A stretch of DNA of 64,000 nucleotides, from the NCBI GenBank assembly GCA_004431415.1, contig QPMI01000556.1:1-64000 (forward strand), in the 5' to 3' direction. The notes beneath the pieces are model-generated. The model saw nothing but the letters and a program-made list of their open reading frames with translations. It did not search any database and was not told the DNA's origin. The first letter of the stretch is position 1. Every line of letters begins with the position of its first letter. This DNA is from Cyanophora paradoxa CCMP329 (taxonomy: Eukaryota > Plantae > Glaucophyta). A program made the translations under genes and the position numbers. Below, piece by piece: positions 34,601 through 45,248 of this stretch.

Positions 34601-37600
34601 CGGTGCCGCCTCCCCCGCCCCGCCCCGCCCCGCCCCGCGCCCCTCCCTCTCGAGGCCTCCTAAACCCCCGCCCCGCCTGGCAGACATCGCGCGGTACATC
34701 TCGGAGTTCCGCGCCGTCTCCGTCATGTTCGTGAGCCTCGCCGCCCTCGACACGGCCTTCGGCGTCGTCCAGCACACCGTCCAGGCCCGCCCGCCCCCGG
34801 AGGAACCCTCCCCGCCCCCTCCTCCTGCTCTGAGGCCCCTCCGGACCCGCAGACGCTGCAGGCGGTGCTGTACGCCCACCAGGGCTCCCTCCGCCAGGTC
34901 GTCCTCGACGACAAGGTACCCCCCCCCCCCCCCCCCCCCGGGGCCCCCCGGCTCCCCGTGACGACGACGCGGGGGCGGGGCAGGGCCTGGTGCTGATCGG
35001 TGTCTTCGGGCTCTGGCCGGTGGCCCACGAGGACGACCCCGTCCGCTGCACCGCCTGCGGCGCGCCCCGCCGCCCCCGCCCCAGCCCCCGCCCCCGCCCC
35101 CTACTCGGCCCCTGACAAGCGCCGCAGCGCTGGACGTGGCGGAGGCGATGCGCTCCCAGCGCCTCAAGTCCTCCATCGGGCCCGCCTCTAATTTCCCGCT
35201 TTCCCGCCCCGCCCCGCACGAACGCTGCTGACGCCGGCGCAGCGTCTCAACGGGCCTCGTCTACTCCACCTTCGGTCCGCGACGCCACTCCCCGCCCCGC
35301 ACGAGCGGTTCGGCTCCGCCGCGCCGCGCTCCTCCTCACGGGCGCGCAGTGGGGAGCCCGACGCGCTGCGAGTACTCCGTCTTCGGCACCGGTGCGCCCC
35401 CTCCGCTCGCCGCTGGAAGCACTTGGCCCGCCTCGCTGACCCGTCCCCCTCCCGCCCGCTCAGTCGTGAACAAGGCCGGTGAGGCGGCGCCTCCCGATCC
35501 CACCCGCCTCGCCCGCCCCGCCTTGCCCGCCCGCCGCCGACGCCGGCGGCAGCGCGGCTGATGGCGATGGCGGACGGTGGCATCTTAGCTGACGAGGCCA
35601 CCGCCGCCGCCGCGTCCGTCCCGCCCGCCCCGGCAGCCCCGGGCGGCCGCTGAGAGTCTGGTGCGGGGCGGGGCGCAGGGCGCAGCGGGTGCTGATGGTG
35701 CCGGCGGGGGAGGCGGTGCTCAAGGGCATCCCCGAGCCTGTCAAGCTCTTCCAGTGCGGCGTCCTGGGCCTCCTCCGCCCGCCCGCTCCGCCCCGGCCCT
35801 GAGCGGGCGGGGCGGCAGGCCGCGGGGCCTGCGGAAGGCCTCGTGGTGGAGCAGCGAGGACCCCGATGGGAGCGACGAGGAGGAGGCCGCCGCCGCCTCG
35901 CCCGCCGCCGCCCCGCCCGTCTGGCCATCCCCCATGCTCGCCGGCCTCTCCGGCAAGCCCCCCGCCCCCGGCCTCGCCCCGCCCCCGCTCGGCGGTGCCG
36001 GCGGCGGCAGCAACAAGAAGGCTGAGCGCTCCCCGCCCAAGAAGCGGGTCCGCCCCGGCAACTCGCCCCGTGCTCGCGGGGCGCCTCTGAGGGGGCGGGG
36101 CAGCGGGTGCCGATGGTGGGGCGCGACGCCGAGCAGCAGCTCCTCGAGTCGGCTCTCGAGAAGGCCCGCCCGCCCGCCCCCGCCGCCCGCCCCTCCGATC
36201 CGCCTCTGACTTTAATTTGAGCGCAGCTGATGGGGGGCGGGCGGGGGTGGGAGGACGGGGCGGCCTCGGCGCGCTCGGGGCGCTCGGTCGGCTCGCACGT
36301 CTCCGTGGCCGGGGGCGGGGGCGCCCACAGCTCCCTCGTCCTCCTCGAGGGCGAGAGCGGCATGGGTGCGCCGGGGCCCCAAGCGGCGGCGCCGGCCGCG
36401 GCGTCCCAACTCCGTCTGAGGCGCGGGGGGCGGCAGGCAAAAGCGCGCTGCTGCGGGACTTCCGGAGCGCGGCGAAGCAGCGCGGCGCCGCCGTCGCCGC
36501 CAGCGTCTCCCGCTCCCACCACCGCCGCCAGCCGTCCGCCCGCCCCGCCCCGCCCGCCCCGCCCGTCTCTGCCTGAGCGGCACCGGCGGCCAGGTTCAAC
36601 GGGTGGCGGCACGTGCTGCACGCGCTCTTCCCCCTCGGGGAGCTGCAGATGGGCCCCTTCCTCGACCGCGACGGCGTCGAGCTCCTCCCCGAGCTCATGG
36701 CCGCCCTCGCCCTCGAGCCCGCGCCCGGCGAGGCGCCCCCGCCCCCGCCCGCCCCCGCCTTCAGCACCTCCCCGCCCTCCCTCGGCAACCTCGCGATCGC
36801 CGCGTTGGCGGCCCCGCCCCCGCCCCGGCCCCGCTCGTCGCCGTGACGGGCGATGGCGACGGGGACCCCGCCCCCGCCCCTCCACGGAGCCGACGGCGCT
36901 CCGCCTGCGCGAGCGCGACCGCGAGCAGGCGGCGGCGGCGGCCGCCGCCGCCGCGGGGCCGGCCGGGCTGGCGACGGTGGCGCAGGCGGCGGCGGCGAGG
37001 GCGGGGGCGCCCGGGGCGGAGAGCCCGCGGCGGAGGCGGCAGAGCCTGACATGGACGGAGGTGACGCCGGAGCGGGCAGGAGAGGGGCAGGGCCCGAGCA
37101 CGAACGCGGCGAGCGCGAGCGGCAGCCGGCGGCCCTCGGGCGTGCCGCGCCAGCTCTCCAACCCCTCCGTCCTCTCCGCCGCCACCCGCAAGCTCAGCCT
37201 CTCCCACGGCGGCGGCGCCGGCCCCGGCGGGCGCCCCGGGGCGGCGCTGGCGGAGCGGACGGGCGAGGCGCGCTCGATGGGCCTGCGGGCGCTCATCGTG
37301 CGGCTCGTCCTCCGGCGCGCCGCCCTCGGGCCCGTCGTCCTCATCTTCGACGGCGCGCCCCGCCCGCCCGCCCCGCCCGCTCGCCCGCCCCGCCGTCCCG
37401 TAACCAGCGGCGCACGCAGACCTGCACTGGGGGGACTCGCAGACGTGGCTGACGCTGCAGGACCTCGTGGGCGAGCTGGAGGAGGCCGACGCCGCGCGGC
37501 TCCTCCTCGTGGCCGCCCTGCGGCCCCCGCAGGCCCTCTCCGTCGCCGGCCGCGCCCTCCAGCGCCTCCGCCGCAAGCGCGCCGCCACGACGCTGGCCCT

Positions 37601-40600
37601 GCAGGCCATGCGCCTCGCCGACGCCGAGGAGCTCGCCGCCAGCGTCCTCCGCGCCCGCTCCCTCCCCCGCCAGCTCGCCTCCTTCGTCTGTGCGCCCCCG
37701 GAGCCCTCGTCCTCCCTCGCCCTCCTCCACTCACGCCGGGGCGCGCGCGCAGACGAGCAGTCATCGGGGATCCCCTCGGTCGTGATCGACGTGGCGCAGG
37801 CGCTGCAGGAGAACGGCTTCCTGCAGGTCGCCCCCAGCGGCGAGGTCCAGCTCCTCAAGTCGCTGCGGCCCGTCAAGCCGACCGACGCCGTCCGCTCGGC
37901 GCTCTGCAGCCGCCTGGACCGCCTGGAGGGCCCGCAGCTGCTCGTCCTGAAGCTCGCCGCCGTCGTCGGGCGGCGCTTCACGTGGCCCGAGCTGCTCGCC
38001 ATCCACCCGGCGACCAAGGCCGCCTACGGCGTCGTCGCCCCGCACTCCTCCGGCGAGCTCGCCGGCATCGCCAGCTTCGTCGCCCCGCCCGCCCCGCGGC
38101 CGCCCGCGCCCGGCAGGCGGTTCGAGCGGCCGCCGGCGTCGGCCCCGCCGGTGGCGGCGGCGGCCGCGAAGGAGTCTCTGGGGGCGGCGATCCTCGAGAT
38201 GGAGCACGCGCTCGGCGCCCTCTGCGACCTCCAGATCCTCGTGCCCCCTTTCTCTCGTTTCCCCCGTGGCCTCCGGCTGAGCGCGCGGGGCAGCGGGACG
38301 TGTCCCGGGAGGAGCGGGGCGGGGGCGGGGCGGCCCTGCCGGCCTCCACCACGCCCCGCGCCCACGCCAAGTCCGAGTGGTGCGCCCCGCGCTCAGTTTA
38401 CTCCCAAGGACGGGCTCTGCTGAAGGAATGCCGCGCCGCCCGCAGGGAGTTCGTGCACGCGACGATGCATGAGACGACGTACAGCCTGCTGCCCGTCGCC
38501 GAGCGCCGCGGCCTCCACCGCGCCCTCGCCCTCTGGCACGAGCGCCGCTTCGCCCGCGCCCTGCTCCTCGGCTCCGGCCCCGCCGCCGGCTCGGCCGTCG
38601 TCGTGGGCCTCGGGGCCGCCTCGCCGGCCAACTCGCGGCCCGGCTCGGCCCGCCGCGGGGCCCCGCCCGAGGCGGCCGCGGCCCCGCTGCACGCCCGCGT
38701 GCAGGCCCTCGCGGGGAGCGAGGCGGCGAGCGGCTCTGGCTCCCGCCGCTTCGAGGCCGGCGCCGGGGCGGCGGGGAGCGGCGGGGCCGGGGAGGGCCGG
38801 CGGCGCTTCGCGCAAACGGACCTGGCGCTCCTCTCGCACCACTTTCTCAACGCGGGGGAGTACGAACAGGCCGGGCCCTACCTCGAGCAGGCGCCCCCGC
38901 CCCCGCCCCCGCCCGAGCCCGAGCTCCAGCTCCGGGCTGAGGCGGCGCGGGCAGTGCGCGCGGGCGGCGCTGGAGGCCTACGCCAACGTCGAGGCCTCGC
39001 GCCTCTACGAGGACCTGCTCCGCGTCAGCCCGCAGGCGCCGCCCCTCCAGCGCGCCGCCTGGCTCCGCGCCCGCGCCGACGCCCTCCGCCGCTCTGGGTG
39101 CGCCCGTTCGATAGAACTCGAAAGACCTCCGCCGCCCGCCCCGCTCACGCTCAGGCCGCCTCGGGGCGCGGCAGGCTCTTCGCCGAGGCGGTGCAGTGCG
39201 CGCGCGAGGGCCTCGCCCTCCTCGGCCACCCCCTCCCCTCGTGCGTCCGCCCCGCCCGCCCGCCCCGCCGCCCCGCGCGCCTTAGCCGCGGTGGGCGCAG
39301 CGGGGAGGGGGCGCTGGCGCTCCGCTACGCGCTGCTGGAGCTGCGGCTGCGCTTCACAGAGGCCCCCGACGCAGCGGCCCTCGCCGCTGGCCCCGGGCCC
39401 GCCGCCGCCCTCGACGCCCGCCTCGCCGGCGGTGGCGGCGGCGGCGGCGGCGGCGGCAAGCGGCGCTCGCTGTGGGACATCCTCTGCTGCCGCCGTCGCC
39501 GGCCGCAGTGCGTCGACGACGGCGAGGGCCGCTGCTCGGTCCGCCCGCCCCGCCCCGCCCGCCCGCCCCGCGCGAGCTCGCCTCAGCCCACGCGGCCCCG
39601 GCAGGTGGAGGCGGCGCGGGAGGCGTGCCGGCTCTACTGGGCGACGATCAGCGCGGCGTGGGCGACGCACCACCGCCGCCTCTTCCTCTACGCCGCCGCC
39701 CGCATGCTCGACCTCGCCGTCGCCCTCGCCGAGGCCGGCCCGAGCTCGCCGCCGCCGCCGCCGCCTGGGCCGCCGTCTCCGGCCTCCAGCAGCGCCGCGA
39801 GGCCGCGCGGGCGTGGGCGCGGCTCGCGTGGGGCGTGGCGGTGCGGCTGCAGGACGCGGAGGTCTGGTCGGGCGTCGTGGCCTTCGTGCCGACGGCGATG
39901 CTGGCGGTGGAGGACCTGGAGGCGGCGGAGGGGATGCTCCAGAGCGCCGCCCAGCTCTTCTCCCGCACTTCCTCCCTCCGCGACTCCCTCCGCGCCTCCC
40001 TCACCCTCTCCTTCGTCGTGCGCGCTGCCCGCCCTCCCCTTCCGCCCGCCGGCGTCGCCCCGCGGCTGACCGCGCGAGCCCCGCTCCGCCCCGGGCAGCA
40101 CCTGCGGGCGCCGCGCGTCTCGGCCGACGAGCTGCGCGCCGGCGCGCAGGCCATCCGCGTGCGCACCGCCGCCCCGCCGCCCGCGCCGCCGCCCTTCTGA
40201 GCGGCCCGGCAGCGGGCGCTGGAGAAGAGCGCGCGGTATCCCGACCTGATCGAGGACGGGGAGCGCGTGGCGGCGCAGGCGGCGTGGGCCCGCGCCATGC
40301 TCGCCCTCGACCGCGCCCCAACGCCCTCGACGGTCCGCCCCTGGGCCCCGCCCGCCGTCCCCCGACTTTCTTCCGTCTGAGGCGCCTGGCGGGCAGCGCT
40401 GGAGTCGTTCGACCAGCAGTGCCCGGCGCGCAAGGCGGGCCCCGCGGAGCGCGCCGCCTTCCTCGCGGCGTACGGGCGGGCCCTGCTGGCGATGAACGGG
40501 CCCGGGGCGCGCACGTGGGACGACCGCCCGCTCGCCGCCGTGGCCGTCGAGTGCGTGGAGGCGGCGCTGGAGGCGGACGCGGGGGCGCACTTCTTCGCCG

Positions 40601-42320
40601 TCGCGGAGCCCCTCGCCACCGCTGCCTTCCTCCTCTACACCCTCCGCCTCGCGTCCGCCCCCTGCCGCCCCCGCCTTCCTCTCGCCCTCGTCGAGCCTTG
40701 CCCGCGCGCGCAGGCTGCTGCCGGTGGAGCGGGCGCGGGCGCACCCGGCGCACCCCCTCCTCGAGCTCTTCACGGAGGGCCCGCGCAGCCGCGCCCCGTC
40801 GGCCGCCCGCCGCGCCCAGCAGGCGGCCGGGGCGCCGGGGACGCCACTCTCTGCGGGGGACGGGGCCGGTGAGCCGTCGTTCATCCTCCCGTCGGCGCGC
40901 GCCCTGGCCGTGCGGCGGCGCTCGAGCGGCCTTCTGGTAGCCCCGGCGGCGGACGCGGGGGCGCTCCTGGCGGCCCTCGAGCGGGCGGCCCGGCGCCTCG
41001 CCGCGCTCGACGGCTTCGGCCTCGTGCGGCCCCTCGCCGCCTACGCCCGCGGCCTCCTCCACTCCGCCCGCGGTGCCCACCGCCGCGCCCGCGCCTGCTT
41101 CGCCGCCGCCGCCGCCGCCGCGGCCGCCGGCGGCGCGGCGCAGGCCGTCCCTGCGGGGGCGCCGGGGGGTTGGTGCGCGACGGCGGGGCCAAGGGGGACG
41201 GCACCTCGCTGCACGGCGGCTCGGTGTGGGCGGCGGTTCGGCAGCGGCGGCGGGGGACGGCGGGTCGGTGCGGGGCGGGCGGGGGGCGGCGCGGGAGCCG
41301 CTGGCGGCGCTGCAGCGGCGGCTGCGGGGCGGGGCGCGGCACCCGCGGGACGAGGGCCTCGCGCTCCTCTTTGCCGCCCTCCACGCCCCGCGCGCGCCCC
41401 GCCCCGCGCCGCCCGCGCCGCCGGCGGCGGCGGCGCTGTACGCGGTGCGGGAGCGGCTGGCGCCGGTGTCAGCGGCGAGCTCGGGCGACCTCCTCCTCGC
41501 TAGCGGCGACGCCTCGACGCCCTCGCCCAAGGGCGGCGCCCGGCCCCGCCGCCGCCCGCGCGCCGGCCGCCGCGGGAGGCGGGACGGAGGCGGGGCGGCT
41601 GCTGGGGCGGGCGGAGGGGTGCTTCGAGGCGTGCAGCGACCTCTACATGGCGCGCGCCGCCCGCCGCCTCGCCGCCCTCCTCGAGGGCGGCCCCGCCCGC
41701 GCCCCGCGGCCGGCCCCGAGGAGGCCCCCGGGGAGGGCTCGGGCGGGGAGGCCTCGGGGGCGAGGAGCCCTGGGCCGCGGCCGGGGACGCCCGCCCCTCG
41801 GTCCGCTTCCGCGTCACGCGCGTCGAGTCCCTGGGCTCCGCCGCCGGCCCGCGGCCGGCCCCGCGGCGGAGCGGGCGGCGCCAGCGCCGGCCCCCCCGGC
41901 GCCGGCACCACAGCAGCGGCAGCCTGCGGGGCCGTCGCCCGCCGACCCCGCCGCAGCCGCGGCGGCCGTGCGCCGCCCCTCCGACGCCCCCTCCGCCGCC
42001 CCCTCCGACGCCTCGGAGCTCGTCCCGGAGCTCGAGCTCGCCTGAGGCCCCGATCCGCGCGCCCCGCCCCGCGACTTCGTTTGTGGTAGACGTGTCTCGT
42101 GACTCTCGTCCCTTCTTTGACGTGTCAGCCCGCATTATAGATGAATGCATTCATTTGCTTTCACGAGGTTCGGTAGATACCGCAGATTGTCTTTTAGATA
42201 CTAGATACCGCTTTTATGTTGCCTCACGATCCTGTCTGCAGCTGTAGGTCGTTGCAGCCTTTGTTCCATCATGGCATTTCCCCCTTACACACTCGTATCA
42301 TTTTCAATACAAGCTCAGCG
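28701..42320. repeat. Tandem segmental duplication, copy 1 (~13.6 kb)
   Basis: Sequence from gcgccccgcgatccg (28701) to aagctcagcg (42320) is repeated immediately downstream. Confidence 0.95.
32087..42045 (+). CDS. Soluble adenylyl cyclase-like (ADCY10/sAC architecture: two class III cyclase domains, STAND P-loop NTPase, helical/TPR-like tail)
   Basis: Spliced motifs AVVCLLDISGFSALCE, GGEIVSFLGDGLLVYW, ISEFRAVSVMFV, DDKG, HEDDP, GSPTRCEYSVFGTVVNKAARLM, LKGIPEPV, LLEGESGMGKS, RLDRL...LKLAAVVGRRF, FVHATMHETTYSLL...RRGLH. Confidence 0.9.
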
Positions 42321-45248
42321 CCCCGCGATCCGTGCCGTTGCAACGAGCATTCACACCAGATCTAGACAGGCGGCGCCGTCCGTCAGCCTCGCGGCCAGAA
42401 CGGCGGCGCCGACCGTCGGACTCGGCGCCTCGTCGTTCGCCGGGACTCCGCTCTTCTTCACCGATGTTCCTGCAGCTGTCGACGTCCTCGGGAACGTCGA
42501 CGTCGCGGGCGGCAAGCAGCCGCCTCGCTGCATTGCCGGCAAGAGGAAGTCCGCCGGGACGAGCGCCCGCCGGGAGGTTCACGGTTTTTCACGCAAGACT
42601 TCTGCCGGCGCCGGAAATCCCCCCGAGTCTGGGCCCGAGAAGCTCAAGCCGCCGGAGAAGGTCCGGCCGCTTTCCTCTCCGCGAGTCCCCTCGCGCTTAC
42701 CGGGGGCCGGGCGGCGCAGGCTCCGGGAGAGAAGAAGTGCGGGGGCGGGCGCGTGCGGGCGGACCTGGGCCTGCGGGCCCTGGCCGACGAGTGGCGCCCG
42801 CTCCTCTCCTCCACCAAAGACCTCAAGAATGACGCCCAGGCACGTGCCGCGCGCTTACCAGGGGCCGACGGCCGCTGAGTCGCGCCCAGGCCGGCCTCAT
42901 CACGGCCTGCGTCTCCGTGCCCCTCTCCCTCGCCATCGGTGCGCCGGCCGAGTCGCCTGTGCGTGCGAGGCCGCCGTGACGCGGGCGGGGCGCGCGCGGG
43001 CGGCAGCGGTCGGCTCGGGCCTGCCGCCGGAGGTCGGCCTCGTCACCGCCGTCGTCGGATCCTTCGTCGCCGCCGCCGCCGGCGCGCCCCGCCCCGCCCC
43101 GCCGGCCCGGCGGCGGCTGACCCGCGCAGGGGGGACGCCGCTGGCGGTGAGCGGCCCGGCGGCGGCGATCGTGGCGACGTGCGCGGCGTGCGCGGCGGAG
43201 TTCGGCCCCGCCGGCGTCGCCCTCGTCGCCGCCGCCTGCGGCCTCCTGCAGGCACGCCGGCCCCCGCGCGCCCCCGGCCGCCCCGGGCCCCCCGCGTGGC
43301 TGAGGCCGCGGCGTCAGGTGCTCAGCGGGGCGCTCTCGCTGGGGGCGGCGGCGCGGCGCGTGCCGGTGCCGGTCGTGGCCGGCTTCACGTCGGGGATCGG
43401 CCTCACCGTGCTCCTCCAGCAGCTCCCCGCCGCCCTCTCCCTCCCGCGCCCCCCGGGCTCGCACCCCCCCGAGGTCCTCGCCCACCTCCTCGCCAACCTC
43501 CCCGCCGCCGACCCCGCCTCCCTCGCCCTCGCCTCCGCCGTCCGCCCCCGCCCCGCCCCGCCCGCCCCGCCCCGCCCCGCCTCACGCCCGTGCAGACGCT
43601 GGCGCTCATCTTCGCGCTCCCGAGGCTGGAGCTGCCCGTGCTCTCGCGGCTCCCCTCGACCCTCGTCGCCGTCGCCGCCGCCTCTGCCGCCGCCTCGGCC
43701 CTCGCCCTCGACGTGCCCCGCCTCGGCGCCATCCCCTCGAGCCTCCCCGCCCCGGGCCTCCCCGACATCTCCTTCCTCGCCCCCTCGGACCTGCCGGCCC
43801 TGGCGGGGTACGCCCTCGCCATCTTCGGGATCGCCTCCGTCGAATCGCTGCTCTCCTCGGCCGCCGTCGACAAGCTCTCCCGCGGCCGCTCCCGCCGGCA
43901 CGACCCCGACCAGGAGCTCATCGGGCAGGGCCTCGCCAACGCTGCGGCGGCGCTCTTCGGCGGCATGCCCGTCTCCTCCGTCGTCGTCCGCTCCTCCCTC
44001 AACATCCAGTCGGGCGCCGTCACGCGCCGCGCCGGCGTGCTCCAGAGCGCCGCCCTCCTCGCCGCGGTCTGCGCGCTGGGACCGGCCATGGCGGAGATCC
44101 CCGTGCCCGTCCTCGCCGGCGTCCTCCTCTCGGTCGCCCTGCGCATGCTCTCCCCCCACGAGATCCGGGAGATCTGGCGGGCGCACCGCCCCGAGGCCCT
44201 CCCCTGGCTCCTCACCGCCGCCCTCGTCGCCGGCGCCGACGTGATCGTCGGCGTCGCCGCCGGCGTCGCCGCCGCCGTCGCCCTCGCCGCCGCCGGCGGG
44301 CGCGGGGCGCCCCTCGCCGTCGAGACCCGCCTCGGCGTCGAGTTCGCGAGCCTCTTCCCCGCCCCCGCCGCCGCCGGCACCCCGCTCCCCACCACCACCA
44401 AGTCCGCCGCCTCCCCCGCCGCCGCCGCCGCCGCCGCCTCCCCGCCGCCGCCGCCGCCTCTGTTTTCGCCGAGAGCTCCGCCGCGAGCGTCCGGGAGGCC
44501 GTCGCGGCCGCGCGGGGCCCCGAGGCCGAGGGCGAGGGCGAGGGCGGCCGCGCGACGCCGGGGCCGGGGACGCCGGCCCTCAAGCCCGCCGACCTCTGCG
44601 ACGTCGTCCGCGTGCGCCCCGCCCCTCCCCGCCCGATCCCGAGCCCGCCCGCCCCGCCCCGCCCGCCCCGGGTCTGACGCCCGGGGGGCAGCTGGAGGGT
44701 GCGGCGACGTTCGCCTCGGGGCGGCCCTGGCGCGCCTGCTCGAGGAGCTCGCCGCCGCCCTCCGGAGCCCGGCGCCGGGGCCGCCGCCGCCGCCGGGCCG
44801 CCTCCTCGCGCCCCGCCCTCTTCGACCTCTCCGCCCTCGCCGCCCTCGACATCACCGGCGCCGAGCTGTGCGCCGCCCCGCCCCGCCCCCACCGCTCCCA
44901 GAGCCGCTCGGCCCGGCCGAGCCAAACCGGCGGGGCGGGGGCAGGATCATCGACGCGGTGGGGACGCTGATCGAGCAGGGGAAGCCGTGCGTGTTCGTGG
45001 GGCGAGCGCGGGGCGCGGGCGTTCCTCCTCGCGTGCGACCACGGGCGGCGCGTGCACGCCGTGGCGCACGTCGCCGGCCCCGCCGCCCTCGCCGCCGACC
45101 TCCTCCAGCGCCCCGACCAGATCGAGGTCCGCGCCCGCACCCGCCCGCACGCCCCAGCGCCGCCGTCCCCGGCGCCGGCCGAGCGGGGCCCGAACGACCG
45201 CGGCGCGCGCAGGGAGTGCTCCTCGACGCCCCCGTCGTCGTCCAGTAG
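42271..45248 (+). CDS. SulP/SLC26-STAS transporter copy 2 with a junction-derived N-terminus (MAFPPY...)
   Basis: Same exons as copy 1; ORF 42271 reads in frame across the junction; some indels. Confidence 0.7.
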
